A DNA stretch of 64,000 nt from Podospora anserina (Eukaryota): the NCBI GenBank assembly GCA_017654855.1, contig CM030338.1:248001-312000 (forward strand). Reading direction: 5' to 3'. Both the position numbers and the translations under genes were made by a program. The notes under the pieces are model-generated. The model was not told where the DNA came from. It saw only the letters and a list, made by a program, of their open reading frames with translations, and did not search any database. Below, one piece after another: positions 24,709-38,130 of the stretch (its first letter is position 1; each line of letters starts with the position of its first letter).

Positions 24709-25697
24709 CTAGTACTCGGCGGAGCCGGTCTGGGGGAACTCGAAGATGACACCACGGCCGGTGAGGCGCTTGTAAACCTCGGAGTAGGTGTCGAGTCTGT
24801 AGTCAACACCACCGCGCTCCTTCTCGTCAAGGATGACCTTGAGGGTCTTGGAGCCGTCCTCTTTGGTGCGGATACGCTTGCCGACGATCTCGACGGGGTA
24901 GACGAGGTCGGTCAGGATAGCATCGTGGACAGCGGTAAGAGTGCGGGAACGGGGACGCTTCTGCTTCTGGAGGTTGCGGGAGCGGGTGGAGCGCTTGGGG
25001 CGGGGGAGAATGCGGCGAGCAGCGAGGATGAGGACGTGGCGGTCGGAGAACTTCTTCTCGAGCTCACGGGTCAAGCTGGATGGCCAAGTCAGCAACAATG
25101 TTGTTGTTGACAACGGAAACATGAGAGGCAAAAACTTACCGCTGCTGGACACGGTGGAAACCCTGCAGAGAAGGAACGGGGACAAAGATGACAATAGCCT
25201 TCTTGCCGTGGCCAACCTCGATCTATTTCAGATCCAAGTCAGCATGCGAGCTCCTGGATGACAGTGCAATCCATGGACCGCTTCCCGTCCTATTCCGCGC
25301 TGTGGTATGGATGTCATTGATGTCAGGGCCAGCGGACATAGAGAGGGCCGGCGCTGGACTGGAGCGTCGCAACACTCGCCCTCGCCCGTTTTCCCATTGT
25401 GATATCAATCTCCCCAAATAGTGCGACTGCCCGACGCGCGGCGAAAATGTGTTTCGAGGTTCGCGACGTCGGTGGAACAGGATGTCCGGGTGTTTGGTTC
25501 GTCTGTCAGATCATTTGAGTTCAGTGTGGTCTCACCTCGCGAGCAGAAGTGAACTGCAGAGGGCGGAGGGCAGCCTTGAGGTCAGCAGTGTTGCTCTCGA
25601 GGTCGTAGAGAGCGCCAGCGATGGCCTGCTCAAGCTCAGAGGGCTTGGAGTGCGAAGGGCTGTTAGCCGCGATCTTGCTGAGCTGAGGGGTAGACAT
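24709..25697 (-). CDS. RPS7: 40S ribosomal protein S7 (eS7)
   Basis: [32 protein letters not shown]...[17 protein letters not shown]...[17 protein letters not shown]. Introns 25223-25535 and 25076-25139. Confidence 0.98.
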
Positions 25698-25799
25698 TTT
25701 GGCCGTTGTCGTCGATGGTCGGGTTCCGGAGAAGTCTCGAGATGGGCTCGCTGCGAGGTTGTCAAAGTGGTTGATGGAAAATGGATTGGCCAGGCCTTG

Positions 25800-25850
25800 G
25801 CGGATAGGGTTTGAAAGCCCTGGAGAATTTTCGGTGGGCCTGACTGGCAA
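25800..25850. promoter_or_regulatory. Candidate ribosomal-protein promoter boxes in the RPS7 divergent promoter
   Basis: TAGGGT (25805-25810), AAGCCCT and TGACTGG (~25841) resemble the Homol-E and Homol-D boxes of fungal ribosomal protein genes. Partial matches only. Confidence 0.35.
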
Positions 25851-26009
25851 TAATAGCAGGCGGTGAACTGTCTGTTGCCCCACCATGGATTCTGCCAGGC
25901 AGATGGCCAGAGCTCGAAGCTTGGACCACCCGTCAGCTGCAATCCCCACAACATCCCCAATCACCTTTTCAGGGGCAGACATCACCGAGTGTCGATACCT
26001 AAAGTAACA

Positions 26010-26525
26010 ATGGCCGCCTCAACTCAGTCAACGGCCCCTGCGCCTAAAGCTCAAAAGAAGGGCGGGTTTTCACTTCCTTTTCTCTACCGATTCTTTTTCC
26101 TCCTTGTCGAACCCATCTCGGCGCTCGTTGGCGCATATTTTGCCCTCTTCGACCAAGAGACCTACCTCAGGCTCACTCACGCCGCCTCTGCCGCTTCGCC
26201 GATCCCGACAAGCACATCGATTGTACTGTCTCAGCTTGGGAACCTGTATTTCTTCTTTGCTATCAACGAAGCTCTTGTGCTCAGAGCTACATCTGATATC
26301 GTCGTGTGGAGGACCGTCCTTTTCTGCCTTCTCGTTGGCGACCTCGGCCACCTGTATACGGTCAAGCAGCTGGGCGTGCAAATCTACTGGGACATCTTCA
26401 ACTGGAACGCCATTGATATTGGGAACATTCCGTTTGTGTGTCTTGGTGCAACCATGAGAATTGCGTTCTTGGCCGGCATTGGTTTCTCGTCGACGAAAGG
26501 GACGAAATCAGTGAAGGCAGCATAA
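26010..26525 (+). CDS. Conserved fungal multi-pass membrane protein (DUF7704-like)
   Basis: [29 protein letters not shown] motifs; about four hydrophobic segments; divergent from RPS7. Confidence 0.82.
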   Translation: MAASTQSTAPAPKAQKKGGFSLPFLYRFFFLLVEPISALVGAYFALFDQETYLRLTHAASAASPIPTSTSIVLSQLGNLYFFFAINEALVLRATSDIVVWRTVLFCLLVGDLGHLYTVKQLGVQIYWDIFNWNAIDIGNIPFVCLGATMRIAFLAGIGFSSTKGTKSVKAA

Positions 26526-27335
26526 CTGCACGACCATGGAAGACGCGGCAAAGCATCAGGAGCCCCAAAATGATACCCCATTGTCAGATCGCAAGCGAAG
26601 CGCAGGACTCTTGGCCCGTTGGTCTTCCATGTGCCCTGAGTGCTGTCCATCTTTGCGTCTTTCAAGATCGACAAAGCGGGTAGGCATGATGAGGCTCTAC
26701 GGAGTCTGATATGGGGATCTGGGAATCGAAATATTCAACGGTGCCTGAATCTCCATTCTACCGCCTCCTATGCGCTCGCCTCGACGAACATGTTCTCCCG
26801 ACGTATGCCAGCCCAGTCTCGGAACCTCGCCCTGTGATTTGTGGGAAAATCGGCATCCGTCAGAATACCAACTGTGGGTGCGACGGCAGCGTGGGGGTAT
26901 TCTTTGGACCTTACCAAGCGCTGTCACGCTTTGAGCGACGTCGTGGCGGAGCATGGTGGGGTCGGAGGGGAACGAAGAATAACACGGCATTGGTCGGAAT
27001 GAGGTGGGTGTTGACTCCATGAAGTTTTGCCTACCAACTTCCAGCAGCTCGGGAAGAACAGTTCTATGCAGGTGGAAGTCCGGCTTAATTGGTTCTGTTG
27101 CACCGCTGGACGGGTCTGGATAATATCCGTCCCTCAGTCAGGGGTGGTAAGAAAAGTTGGGTTTACCCCTCAGATCATGTCTCGATCAACCCAGGAGGGT
27201 GACTGAATAAAAGGCGGGGTGGCCGCTGTTACTATTGTGTTGTTATCTCGTGAGGGACTCCGTGCTTTACAAGAGAAGAATCAAGCGTCCTTGCCTTGCC
27301 GTTTCCCACGTCGCTGTCTACTACCTGTCGCCAAC

Positions 27336-28553
27336 ATGCCATATCCCGAGACCTTCACCGGGTTCCAGGTGAATGGACCGGAGACCTGGACCGAGTTCCA
27401 CAAGAACGAGTTCCAACCGAAGCCATTTGGCGATTACGATGTGGATATCAAGATTGAGGCTTGTGGTGTGTGCGGGAGTGATGTCCATACCATCAGTGGC
27501 GGCTGGGGAGAGCAGCATTTCCCTCTTGCAGTTGGTCACGGTATGGCTTTTCATGACGATTTCGCCTGTTTATGCACGGTCCCTTCAGCTCGCTGACATG
27601 AGGGATGAATAGAAATAATAGGCACCGCTATCCGCGTGGGATCAAAGGTGTCTCTTATTAAAGAAGGCCAGCGCGTCGGTGTCGGAGCTCAAAGTTATTC
27701 TTGCCTCGACTGCCGACAATGCAAAAACGACAACGAAACTTACTGCCAAAAACAGCTGGACACGTACGGCGCCAAATGGCCCGACACAGGCATCGTCTCC
27801 CAAGGTGGCTACTCCAGCCATGTGAGAACACACGAGCACTGGTATGGTTGTCACCCTTCCACGATTTGACTTTGGAAAGGCACATACTGACATCTCGTCC
27901 CAAGGGTCTTCCCCATCCCCGACGCTCTCCCCTCTACCGTTGCTGCCCCTATGCTCTGCGCCGGCTTGACCGCCTACTCCCCCCTCGTCCGTAATGGCTG
28001 CGGCCCCGGCAAGAAAGTAGGCATCGTCGGGCTCGGCGGCATCGGCCATCTGGGTCTCCTGTTCGCCAAGGCCCTCGGCGCCGAAGTCTGGGCCATCTCC
28101 CGCACGCACAGCAAGGAAGCTGATGCCAAAGCCATGGGCGCTGACGGGTTTCTGGCCACGTCAGACAGGGACTGGAACGTGCCTCACAAGATGACCTTCG
28201 ATCTCATCATCAACACGGCGAACTCGTTTGAAGGGTTTGATCTGGACGCGTATCTGAGTTTGTTGGATGTTCACGCCAAATGGGTCAGTGTCGGTTTGCC
28301 AGAGGATGACGGAATCAAGGTCCGGAACCAGACATTTTTGACCAACGGGTGTTTCTTTGGAAGCTCGCACTTGGGGAGCAGGAAGGAGGTGTTGACTATG
28401 CTGCAGCTGGCGGCTGACAAGGGGATCAAGACCTGGGTGCAGGAGGTCCAAATCAGCAAAGAGAATCTCGCCGAGACGCTAACAAAGCTGCACAACAATG
28501 ATGTACGGTATCGGTATTGCCTGACTGGCTACGAGGAGCAGTTCGGGGCCTGA
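27336..28553 (+). CDS. Zn-dependent NADPH alcohol dehydrogenase (cinnamyl-alcohol dehydrogenase/Adh6-like)
   Basis: CGVCGSDVH, GH|E, structural Zn site CLDCRQC...C, APMLCAGLT, GLGGIGH. Introns near 27541-27612 and 27843-27905. Confidence 0.95.
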
Positions 28554-28680
28554 TTAGATCTCTTTACCGATTTGTTGATTCGTAGCAAGGGCAAATGTAG
28601 CGAAGTAACTCTTGATCTATGGTATCAGCTACCATCATGATGTTTGAAAGAACGGGGGGTATCTACCATGACCACTCTCA

Positions 28681-30491
28681 TCAACCCTGTTTGATCCTTC
28701 CCAGCCCAAGCACACACCAATATGCCAATTCTTTCTTTTCCTTTTGATCCTTGTCCCGGCCGGTTCCTGAAGCAGCATCATCACCTCCACCCTCCGCCTC
28801 CCATTCGATCCGCACAAACATGGGAATCTCCAACACATCCTCATCCTGCTTCAGCACATCCCGACCTGGTTCCAACTTCAAGGAAGCAGGAACAACCTCG
28901 ACGATAATACTAACCCAGTTCCGGCCTCGCTCCCAAATCTTACCGACCTCGACCTGAAACTGGCTCTCGGTCCCCGCCCGGCGTCGACTCCTACCCGACG
29001 ACTCGCGGTCGTTTTCCTTGAGCGCCTCATCCCAGACGTCGGTGTTGGCGTCAATGTCAAACTGCGGGCAAAGAACCGTCACCTTACTGGGGAACCTGCC
29101 TGGAGTTTTGGCCGGGGCACCGAGGGTTACTTTGAGGGATTCGAAAATCGGGTTCTTAAACGTCAGAACAAAGTGTACCGGCTTGAGGGGTTCGAGGAGA
29201 TCGCCCAGGATGGCGGGGGCAGCGGGCCCATTAGGCCCCGGGAGGTTGAGACGGCGGATGGTGATGCTTGGGATATAGCTGCCTGCTACCAACCTGATTC
29301 TGAAGCGCGTGGTCTGGACTTTGGCTTCGGGCTTGGAGATGATGTGACGGCAGACAGGGCAGCGCTTGGAGCGTTTTGTACGCAAGAGGTAGGGAACTGG
29401 CCGCAGAGACGAGTTGAACCGGGCAGCTCCATAAATATAAGTTTCTCCCAGGTTGGGCGGCTGGGAGCAGATTTGGGTGCTTGACGCTGTGTCGAGAAAA
29501 TCTGATTGATGGAGTTGAGTGATCAGTGAGGATTCGTCGAGGTCTGTCTCGAGTAGGCCTTCGTCGGCCGTGATGGCTTCGCGCATGGCGCCCAACTTGG
29601 ACTTGGCTCTTGGGTCATGGAGCTTTCCGCCCGTGTACAGGTTCATTATTCGTGACAACGAGGACGGCGACGAAAAGCCGAGATCTCCCAGAGACGAGAA
29701 GCCGTTATCTCCCGCGTTTGGATCGGCAAGCTGACTGTTATAAAAAAGCTTGAGATTCGCAAACTGTGTTTCCAGGTCCATATCTTGCCCTGCAGCAGCT
29801 TCACTTGACGCTGCTAGTGCTGCCTCCCCTCCGCGATGGGACAACTCCTTACGCCGTTCCTTACGTTCCTTAGCCGTGAGTCTGGAAGCGCCCCCATTGC
29901 GGATTTTGGCGAGCTGAGCGTGAATACTATTCGGCTTGTCAAACTGAATGCCAATTTCGGTCGAGCTCCAGCTGCAATAGGAGCAAATCAGCGAGTATGT
30001 CGTGTGCGGTGTGCCAGCGCGGTCAGGGACAAGTAGACTTGGGTCTGACGGCGGTGCCTCTATGCTCGTTACGGAAAGGGGCCCAATGCATATTGGGCAC
30101 TGGAAACAGCTGCGAGTACATCTGAAATTGATCTCTTATTAGCAATGCCTACCAAGGGCAAGCCGGACACCAGACATAGACGACGAACGGACCTGTTGCC
30201 TTCACTCTTAAGGTTGCTGCTCGGCACTTCAAACAGACAACTGGGACAGAAGTAGGTCGCAATCTCCTCAGTGATACAGCGAGGGCAGCGAATCTGGTGA
30301 CAGTCTTCGCAGTACAAGAGATACTCGAGGGGGTAAAGACTGAAGTTGGCTCGCGGGGCACGGGGATCGAAGGCGTTATCTTCTTCGTCACCGTCAGCAC
30401 TGGTCGGCGATGTTGCGTCTGAAGGCCGCCCAAGCGATGCTGAGTCGGAGCAGGGACATTGAATGTACGTGTATGGATTCAAGGGCGCCAT
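28681..30491 (-). CDS. ro-2: Dynactin p62 subunit (DCTN4 homolog)
   Basis: LLYCEDCHQIRCPRC, YFCPSCLFEVPSS, R|CTRSCFQCPIC, CSYCSWSS, LRTKRSKRCPVCRHII. One intron near 30122-30192. Confidence 0.92.
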
Positions 30492-31504
30492 TACGCCCCA
30501 GCACTATATGAAAACTGCCACAAGCAAGAAATGGGAAGTAAAAGTCGTCGGAGGCTGCCGATGCGTGGACACCTTCATGTGGCCCCGCACCTTTTCGAGC
30601 TGGAGTTTAATTGTAGCTTCCAAAAGTTGGGAGCTTGACGCGCTTGCTGGGCAGTTGACACGCGCCGCCAGTTAATTTTGGTGGCACCATTCCAAACCCT
30701 AACCCTTTGCACCCAAGCCACATCATCCCATCTCCTTCCTCTTCCACAACCTGGAATCCCCAAACATCAATCCCCATTGTTTTATAATCTCGTACAGTCA
30801 AAGCTACTCGCAGTTGCGCGTGAGTCGGTTAATTTTCGTCTTTTCCGGACCTAACAACAGACGATGATGGATCGCGGCACATCGCTTGCAGACAGGATAA
30901 GGATCATGCATCATTCGGTTTGGAATGCTGAGATATCTCATCCCGCAGACGAATCCGGATGTGCGATACAAGCGTATCGTGGTGACACCCATGTGCCCTG
31001 GGTCATGCAAAGCTGAGGTTAATTCCTGTGGCCCCCTCGCGGCTCTGCTTCACCGTAAGGTGAAGCAGATTTCACATCCATACTGTAGCAACACGTCAAG
31101 TGAATGGCGATAGTGGTCCTGGAGAGATGGCATATCTTACAGACTTTACACATCTTACCAGCAGCATAATCACACCATAACCTGCTTTAGCAGTGGAACT
31201 GAATGACCCGCCTGGTTCACCTACCACCGGAACTGGCGTCCGTCCAGCTAACCTTATTCTTGGTCGTCCGTTCTTGGGGCACTGGTGAACCAAACACCTC
31301 CCGGCACCCCGCGCTTCCGCCATCCCATCGCCGGCAGAGCTGCTAAGTGGCCAGCATCGAGCTCATAACCGACATATCTCTCACCCGGCGAAGAGACGGC
31401 TTCTCCAGCCAGGAACTGCCTCTGGCAGTGCGTTGACTTGTGGCTCCGAGTCTCCGTGGTCCTCTCGGATCTTTTGGAGCCGGTGAATAGCCACCTCAGA
31501 GCTT

Positions 31505-34201
31505 ATGGAACGTCCATCAACCCCAATATCAAACCTCAAGAGGTGGGATGGCGATACCAAGGGGTGTACGGCTTGGGATAGCCTGAGAAGGGTACTTTTT
31601 CCATCAGCGTCTAGCACTGGGTCGAGGATAATCCTACTAACTTGGATTCCAGGACCCGGAGCTATGGTCTAGGGACGGGAGCTGCCTCGTCTACTTGTAC
31701 GAGCAAGGTATCTCACGGCGGGGTCCCTCGTTCAAGGTCAATCTTGATGTGCTATTTGCGGCCAAATGCCACCCCTTGGTGGCGAGATATGCTTTGCGAG
31801 ATACTCCTGATTGGACATCGTCAGACGCCGAAGAAGCTCTGGTGAACGAGCTCATGGGTGACGCCATTTCAAGTGATAGGGTCGAGCTCTACATCCCAAA
31901 TCCTATATCTGTCGGCAGGCCAGATGTTCGGAACCATCAGATTTCTATTCGCAACCTCTTTGCCTGGGTGTTTCGTCGGCCTGTTGTGGGTGAGCACCTC
32001 GGGTCGGCACTCATCAGTCTGCTGAATAGCTTGAGAGAGTATCGTTGCCCTGATGAAGATAACATGGACAGCATCCTGGGCTACATAGATGAGCTGGGCT
32101 ATCTGAACATGTCAAACCGACCCTTTCACGCCCTCGCTTTGGTACACTTTGCTGAGCACTTTCGACTAAAAGATCTATACACTGATGCTCTGTGTCACTG
32201 TGTGGGTATGTCTGACCATCTCAGTGACATTCCTGAATTTCAAGTGAGTTTGGACAGCATCTTTGTGAGGCTGCTGGGTATCGGTTTGTCTGACACATTG
32301 GGCTACAGATTATTAGCTCTCCAACGCGGAAACTGATACGACAAACCAAGGCTGAAATGAGCACATACTTGGGCAGAGCAGGTCAACAGCTCCGAGACTT
32401 TCTAGAAAGCGACTTCCGAGAAAGCCAGACGAAACTCACCCCAGGAGAGCATTCGCACTTGGATCGGTTTCGAATGTTTCTTGCGGCGTACTTTACAAAA
32501 CGGCTAGGAAGATACCCACCGGCATCGATTGAGCCACCATATCTTGTATTTGAGCGGGATGTCTATGCCACAATGCATCAGGACCTGGACGCCCTGTACC
32601 AGCACCTTGCGGACACTACTCTTTGCACCACTAGCATGCCGACCTTGGCTCACCTCAAGACCGGCGGCACAATTCTACAGATTGTTCATGGATTTGACGA
32701 GCGGAATAAGTTCACGCCGCTGGACCATCCTCTACCTTTGGTGCCGGAGGTGATTCCGAAGCCGGCGACCCGCAAGTTATCATGGCTCAGCAGGAGTGAC
32801 AAGGTGAAACCTAGACAAACATTGGTTGATCATGCGTCTTTGATCAAGGCCACCAACAAGCAGAGATCACTGATGGCAAATCCACTTGTTGTCGCTTATC
32901 GGAAGCTCGAAGAAGATGCAGTCTTCTTTCCTTCCAAAGCAGACAAGAACGAAAAGCTGACACACGCAGACACACGCAAGGCCCGTTGGGTTCTGATTTA
33001 TTGCATCAGCCAAATACTGCGAAGTTGTTCATACTCCCCACCGACATGCCGGAACATGGAGGGCGTTCGGTACAACATCGCCATTGACCCCAGCACCATC
33101 ATACATCCATGGGGAGACGAGCCAGAGCCCCCTTCTTCTCCGGCTCCAGCGTGTCCAATGCCGAAGCGATCAAACACTCTTGCCAACAGGCCATCATCCC
33201 CGATTTTGGGAAGGCCCGCTTTATCCGAAGCCAAACTTTCTGTTCCACCATCCTGCGACAGCCTCTTGACCGTGTCACCACCCAGTTACACCCCGGTGAC
33301 CGTCGGGCCACCTATCGGGTCTCTCTCGGCTCGAAAACCACATCACTTCCGCGCGTCATCCTCATTTGCCAAGGCAACCCCTCTGCGTGCCTTCTCGACC
33401 TCCAGCCGCCAGCAACACCATTATCCCCATATTCCCATCCGAGTCGGCAGCACCCGTCGTGGCAGATTCCGCCGCCCTTCCTGTCACACTTTTGGCTCTG
33501 TCGACAGGTTTTCAGTCGAAGATCTCAAACCTCTGCCCCTCAGCCTGACAGCCCGCGGGCCACAGGCGAGCGGTATTTGCTCCTCATCAACAGATGGCTT
33601 GGCTTGGGCCAGCAACGATGCAAGCAGCAGAAGAAGCAGCAACAGCAACAGGAGCAGCAGCGGCAACAGTGGAGAAGACAGCATCGGGGACACCAGCAGC
33701 AAAGTCTCAGACGCGTCCACCGAGGTTACCACACCGGACAACATTAAATCCACTGAAGTTTCCGTCACGTCAGCTCCCGATGTTCTCTCCGGCCTCGCCG
33801 GGCTACGTCCCCCTCCACCACCGCCGCAGTCAGCCTTGCCACCTTTACCCCTTTCGTGGCCGCCTCACGAGGGGCAGCTTCACGGCGATGGTAGTCGAAG
33901 CAAGGTATCGTCTATGGGTGAGACAAACGGATATGAACAGCAGCGAGACGAGACCATCAATGATTTAGAGGTGAGCATGCAAAAGATGGCGTCGAGCGAT
34001 TCCGTGTGCACGCTGTCCAGCAGCGTGTGCTCGGATGATGCGCAGTCACAGCATAGTTTGAATCAATTGCCACTGCCGCAGCCGCCTCCGTTACCTAAGA
34101 AGAGCAGCAGGAGGAAGCTGGCGGGATTGCATCCTAGACCTCTGCGGATCAGGAAGGTGGCGGCTACGGTTGGATTGGGTGGAAGTTCCCAGCAGCAGTA
34201 G
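31505..34201 (+). CDS. Conserved fungal protein of unknown function (DUF8004-like) with disordered Ser/Pro-rich tail
   Basis: LKRWDG...WDSLRR|DPELW...CLVYLY...RRGPSF, RNLFAW, DALCHCVGM, ARWVLIY. Introns near 31572-31652 and 32244-32309. An in-frame TGA lies upstream of ATG 31505. Confidence 0.8.
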
Positions 34202-35006
34202 AGCCTGAATGGGGGCGGGTATGGGGAATGGGCATAGGAGGTAAAGGAGTGTGGACAGTTTGTTGGATTGGTTCAAGTTGGGTTGACATGCGCACCTGGT
34301 TGTTGGGTTTATGACTTTGTACTGTCGATATCCACTCGGCTTGAATTCTGCAACATGTATCTATAACATGAGTACATAGTCGTCTCTTGTCAGGAGGGAC
34401 AAAGCTTGTCCTCCTTACCGAAACTTTGGCTCGGAAATCCACAAGGTGATAAGAGTTGTAGTCCAGAGTTAACTTGGCAGGAACACAACATGGATTACAC
34501 GGCCCCAAAGAACTCAAAACGCATTCCACGTGGCAAGGTGTTACTACTTTGGTGAAACAGTAGAAGCATTGTAGACACCACAACCATCATGGTACCAAGC
34601 AATACTCTCTTATCGTACAAGTTGTTGAACATAGGAACAGACCATAGCAACACAAACTTCCATGGTTCTCGGTCCGATGACTGGACACAACCTCGAGGTA
34701 CAGCTTACCTGTGGGACAGAAGATGTGAACAAAGTTCGTATGCCCTTGTCTTGTACGCCGTGGTTATCCAAACTCTAAGCTCCCTGCTTGGATATGGCTA
34801 TGTCGCGTCACGGTTGCAACCGAATGTAGATTAGAGTGTATCGTGTTTGTGCTGGCAGTACTACAGTTGCCCCATTCTCTCATGTCTATTTGTCCCGTTC
34901 TGTCCAAATTCTATCCAGGTGATCATATCAAGCCAGGGGTATCATCGCCCTCCCTCCCTCTCCCTTAGTCATACAGTAAACTCGGTATAGCCCACATAGT
35001 ACCTTC

Positions 35007-35486
35007 TCAAGGCGCCCGGGTCTTGAGCTGGACACCGTGCCACTCCTTGACTAGGTCCCCCAGCGCGGCGTTGACCAGCCTCTGCTGCTTGAGCATGTTC
35101 AACCCCCTGAACTTCTCAGAAGAAATGTCGATGCCGTACATGGAGCCGCACCCGCCAGAGATGTCTTGCACCAGGAGCTGGGTCGGCGCAAACTCTGCCA
35201 CGAGTATATCCCACACTTGTGCTTCTCCTTCTGTCAAGTCTTCTGGTCTGGGAAGAGCTGAAGGGGGCTCTGAGGACTGGGAGGCGGAAGCTGCGCTCTC
35301 TGACGAGTAGAGCCGTTGTGCATGGGCTGCGATTCGTGGGAATTGGTGTTGGGGGCGAGCGGGGATAGCGAAGTTGGTAGTGATTGCTGGTGCGCAGCGG
35401 GTGGTGGCGGCAAAAAGGGTTCGCTTCGGGACGGTGGAGGGGAGCCTTTGGGCGAGACGGGCGCGCAGACAGGTACGGCAGATCAT
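35007..35486 (-). CDS. Mitochondrial BolA-family protein (Bol3/Aim1-like)
   Basis: VQDISGGCGSMY, FRGLNMLKQQRLVN, WHGVQL; Arg-rich N-terminal presequence lacking acidic residues. Confidence 0.92.
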   Translation of the reverse strand: MICRTCLRARLAQRLPSTVPKRTLFAATTRCAPAITTNFAIPARPQHQFPRIAAHAQRLYSSESAASASQSSEPPSALPRPEDLTEGEAQVWDILVAEFAPTQLLVQDISGGCGSMYGIDISSEKFRGLNMLKQQRLVNAALGDLVKEWHGVQLKTRAP

Positions 35487-38130
35487 AGTGGGCAATCTTT
35501 GGGTCTAACGCTGTGATATACTGAATGGCAGCGTAGTAGCGGTTGTGTGGCCGAAACGTGCTTGTATGGGGGGCTGACTCGGATCAAAATGCGTGAATGC
35601 CTTCACCAAAGAAAAAATGACGATGCAGCAAACAGGCCGAGATGGGAATTCCAGAAAACCGTTTGGCAATTCAATTGCTTGGCTGTGAAATAAACGGCCT
35701 CTGATTGGATGCCAACGGTTCGTGAGGCCCCACCCCCTCCGCGTTCCCCGCGATCTCCGGGGCCGGCAACTGATGGCCCCACTTTCATTCTTGAGCCATC
35801 CCGCCATGTCGAACAACAACCACAGTAGGTGAGCTGCCGCAATAAAACCAAACGATAAGGTTAATAGAGCAATAGATCTCGAGAATGATGTGCCTAAACA
35901 AGCAATCAACGGTCTGCGTGTATACTCAATATACAAGCCGCTTCAGGATTGTTGTGATGCTACTTGGGCTTACACCTTCCAATACAGGCGAGCAAAAGAG
36001 ACCTCCGGCTCCAACTGGCAGGCATTCTCGTTCCACCGATGCAGAATAAGCCACCAGAACGTTGCTCTCTCGATGTCCGAAGCGGAGGAAACAGGCCAAC
36101 TTCTCAACTCTCATCTAGGACGGTGTAACCGGCTGTGATCTCGCCATCATGCCGTGTGCTCGTGACACTGTCGACATGCTTGTCCTAGGAACCCAAGCAA
36201 TATGTCCAAGAACCCTCGCAATCTATACTCAATACTCTCGAATCCCTGATCAGCAGCATGAGGCCTTGAACCGGCACTCGTATCGGCAGCGGCAGCACCG
36301 TGACAATCTGGACAATATATACGCAACGGCTAGATATACCCGATGCGTGCGACTTCGGCATATTTCACACCCTCTTCTCTGCGTTTCCAAGCATGCTGCC
36401 GAGAGCGCCCAATCTGGTAGGATGAGCAGGTTAGGATGTCATGGACATGGAATGGGAGATGCTACCTGTCAGCCTAGACTTGGTGGGGGGGAGAGAAATA
36501 CACGGAGTCATGCCTACTACATTCACATTTGGCGATTAATTGCAACCATACTCAACTCCACAGATCGCCCAAAGAGACGGGAGTTGGCGCTCGTCTTGTC
36601 AAATTTCACTTGTGAGGGTGACTGTTGTCGACAATTCGGAAGCCCCTGAACCGGTGGATGCATGGCTGGGAGCAGGGGATCGTGCGGGGCAATGCGGGGT
36701 GCCCTCCCGGTTGCTGCCAGGGCTGGCACGAGGCAGCCAAGGGGCCGCCGCCATTCTCTCCTTGAGCTTCTCCAGTTCTCCAGCTTCTCCAAGCAGTTCC
36801 AATTCTCCAGCTTCTCCTCATCAACCGGCGTATGTTGCGCTGGCAGCAATCTGCAGGAACCGCTGGGAGGTGCAGAGGTGCATGCTTCAGCGAGGCGCAG
36901 CACAAGAATGTTTGGTCATGGCAACCTCTTTTTGTATGGCTTCCACCGGAGGATGGCATCCGCAACCCTGCCAGCTTCTCGCATCTTGTCGTCCCGATCC
37001 AGTTCGCTCATGGTGAGAGACACACATTGCGCTACTGTGGGTGTGGGTGGCTGGACAGGGGATCAATGCCGCTAACCTGAATATTCCCGACTGTGTAGCA
37101 CCCTGTTAACGCCGTTGGGCAAGACTCGATCGATTCCATCGCCACAACGTCGCAACCCTCCAAGCCAGCCAAGCATGCTCCCAAAAATGGAAGCCGCCCA
37201 TCTGCACCCACGGATAGCCTCTGATGCGCCAAGCCAAAACTGGACCTGGAACAAGAGGACCCTCGATTCTCTCACCTACCTCTCTGAGCCTCCGAATGAG
37301 CTCCCCCAAGATATCCCAAGACCCTTCCAAGAACCTATGGAGCACGGAGGATCCTGGAAACTCACGAAGGACGGAATATACGGGAGACTGATCAAGACGG
37401 TTCCCTGTCTCCGTCATATGGAACAAATGCTGCACCTTGCACATCTCTGCGCTCTTTCTGCAGATGGCCATGGTCTCTACCCGTGCAATGCCGTGCCTGG
37501 CCCTTCTTCAGCAACCTCAAGTCCCGTGGACCTTGCTCCCGTCCATATTAATAACGCTTGGCCATAGATCCCGAGGCCCAATCGAGGTTGCATTTTCCTC
37601 GCGCTGCGAGATGGGAAGGGAATAATAGAGCAGCAGCCCAAGCTGCCCTGCCCTGGCAAGGCAATATGGTACCACCCAGCGCTCTTTTTGCCAGCGCCCG
37701 GTCCCGGATCCTCTCAACAATAGGTGATTGTCCAATGGGATGCTCCAATCGTGCTGTCGATAAGAAATCTGGGTAAATTCGATCGCAACCTCAACTTGAC
37801 GTTCCTGACCATTTGGGGGGGGGGGGCGACATGATGGGACATGGGCAAGCGAACCGTAGCAGGCCCGAGGACGGCTCTGATGAGACCTCTCGTCACTCCC
37901 GAACGAATTCTCCGCGCAGTCATGGTCATATATATAATAGCGAAGCCATGGCACCACTTCAGCCTCCCGAGGACGACGCCCTCGCCGGAAGCCCGAGGTT
38001 GGTAAATCAAGTTCCAGGCCTTCGAGGAAGAGCGACTCGCCATCCCTTCATTCCTCTGCCTGTCTAGACGTCCTGCCTCCCATTTCGTCTTCTAAACGCC
38101 AGTCCCCTCATCCGGGACCACCAAGGCAAC

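Noticed and set aside
26686-26748. ATGATGA...CTGA...CTGA box C/D-like pattern
   Set aside because: No terminal stem and no rRNA-complementary guide that I could recognise.
27108-27132. Hairpin containing TCTGGATAAT, resembling a TPP riboswitch loop
   Set aside because: No CTGAGA element, no matching P4/P5 context, and no thiamine gene nearby.
30694-30705. AACCCTAACCCT telomere-like sequence
   Set aside because: Only two units; at most a promoter motif.
36149-38067. Several 100-166 aa ORFs between BolA and the S8 protease, plus TTCTCCAG mini-repeats near 36767-36820
   Set aside because: No motifs, codon bias or splice support; probably intergenic.
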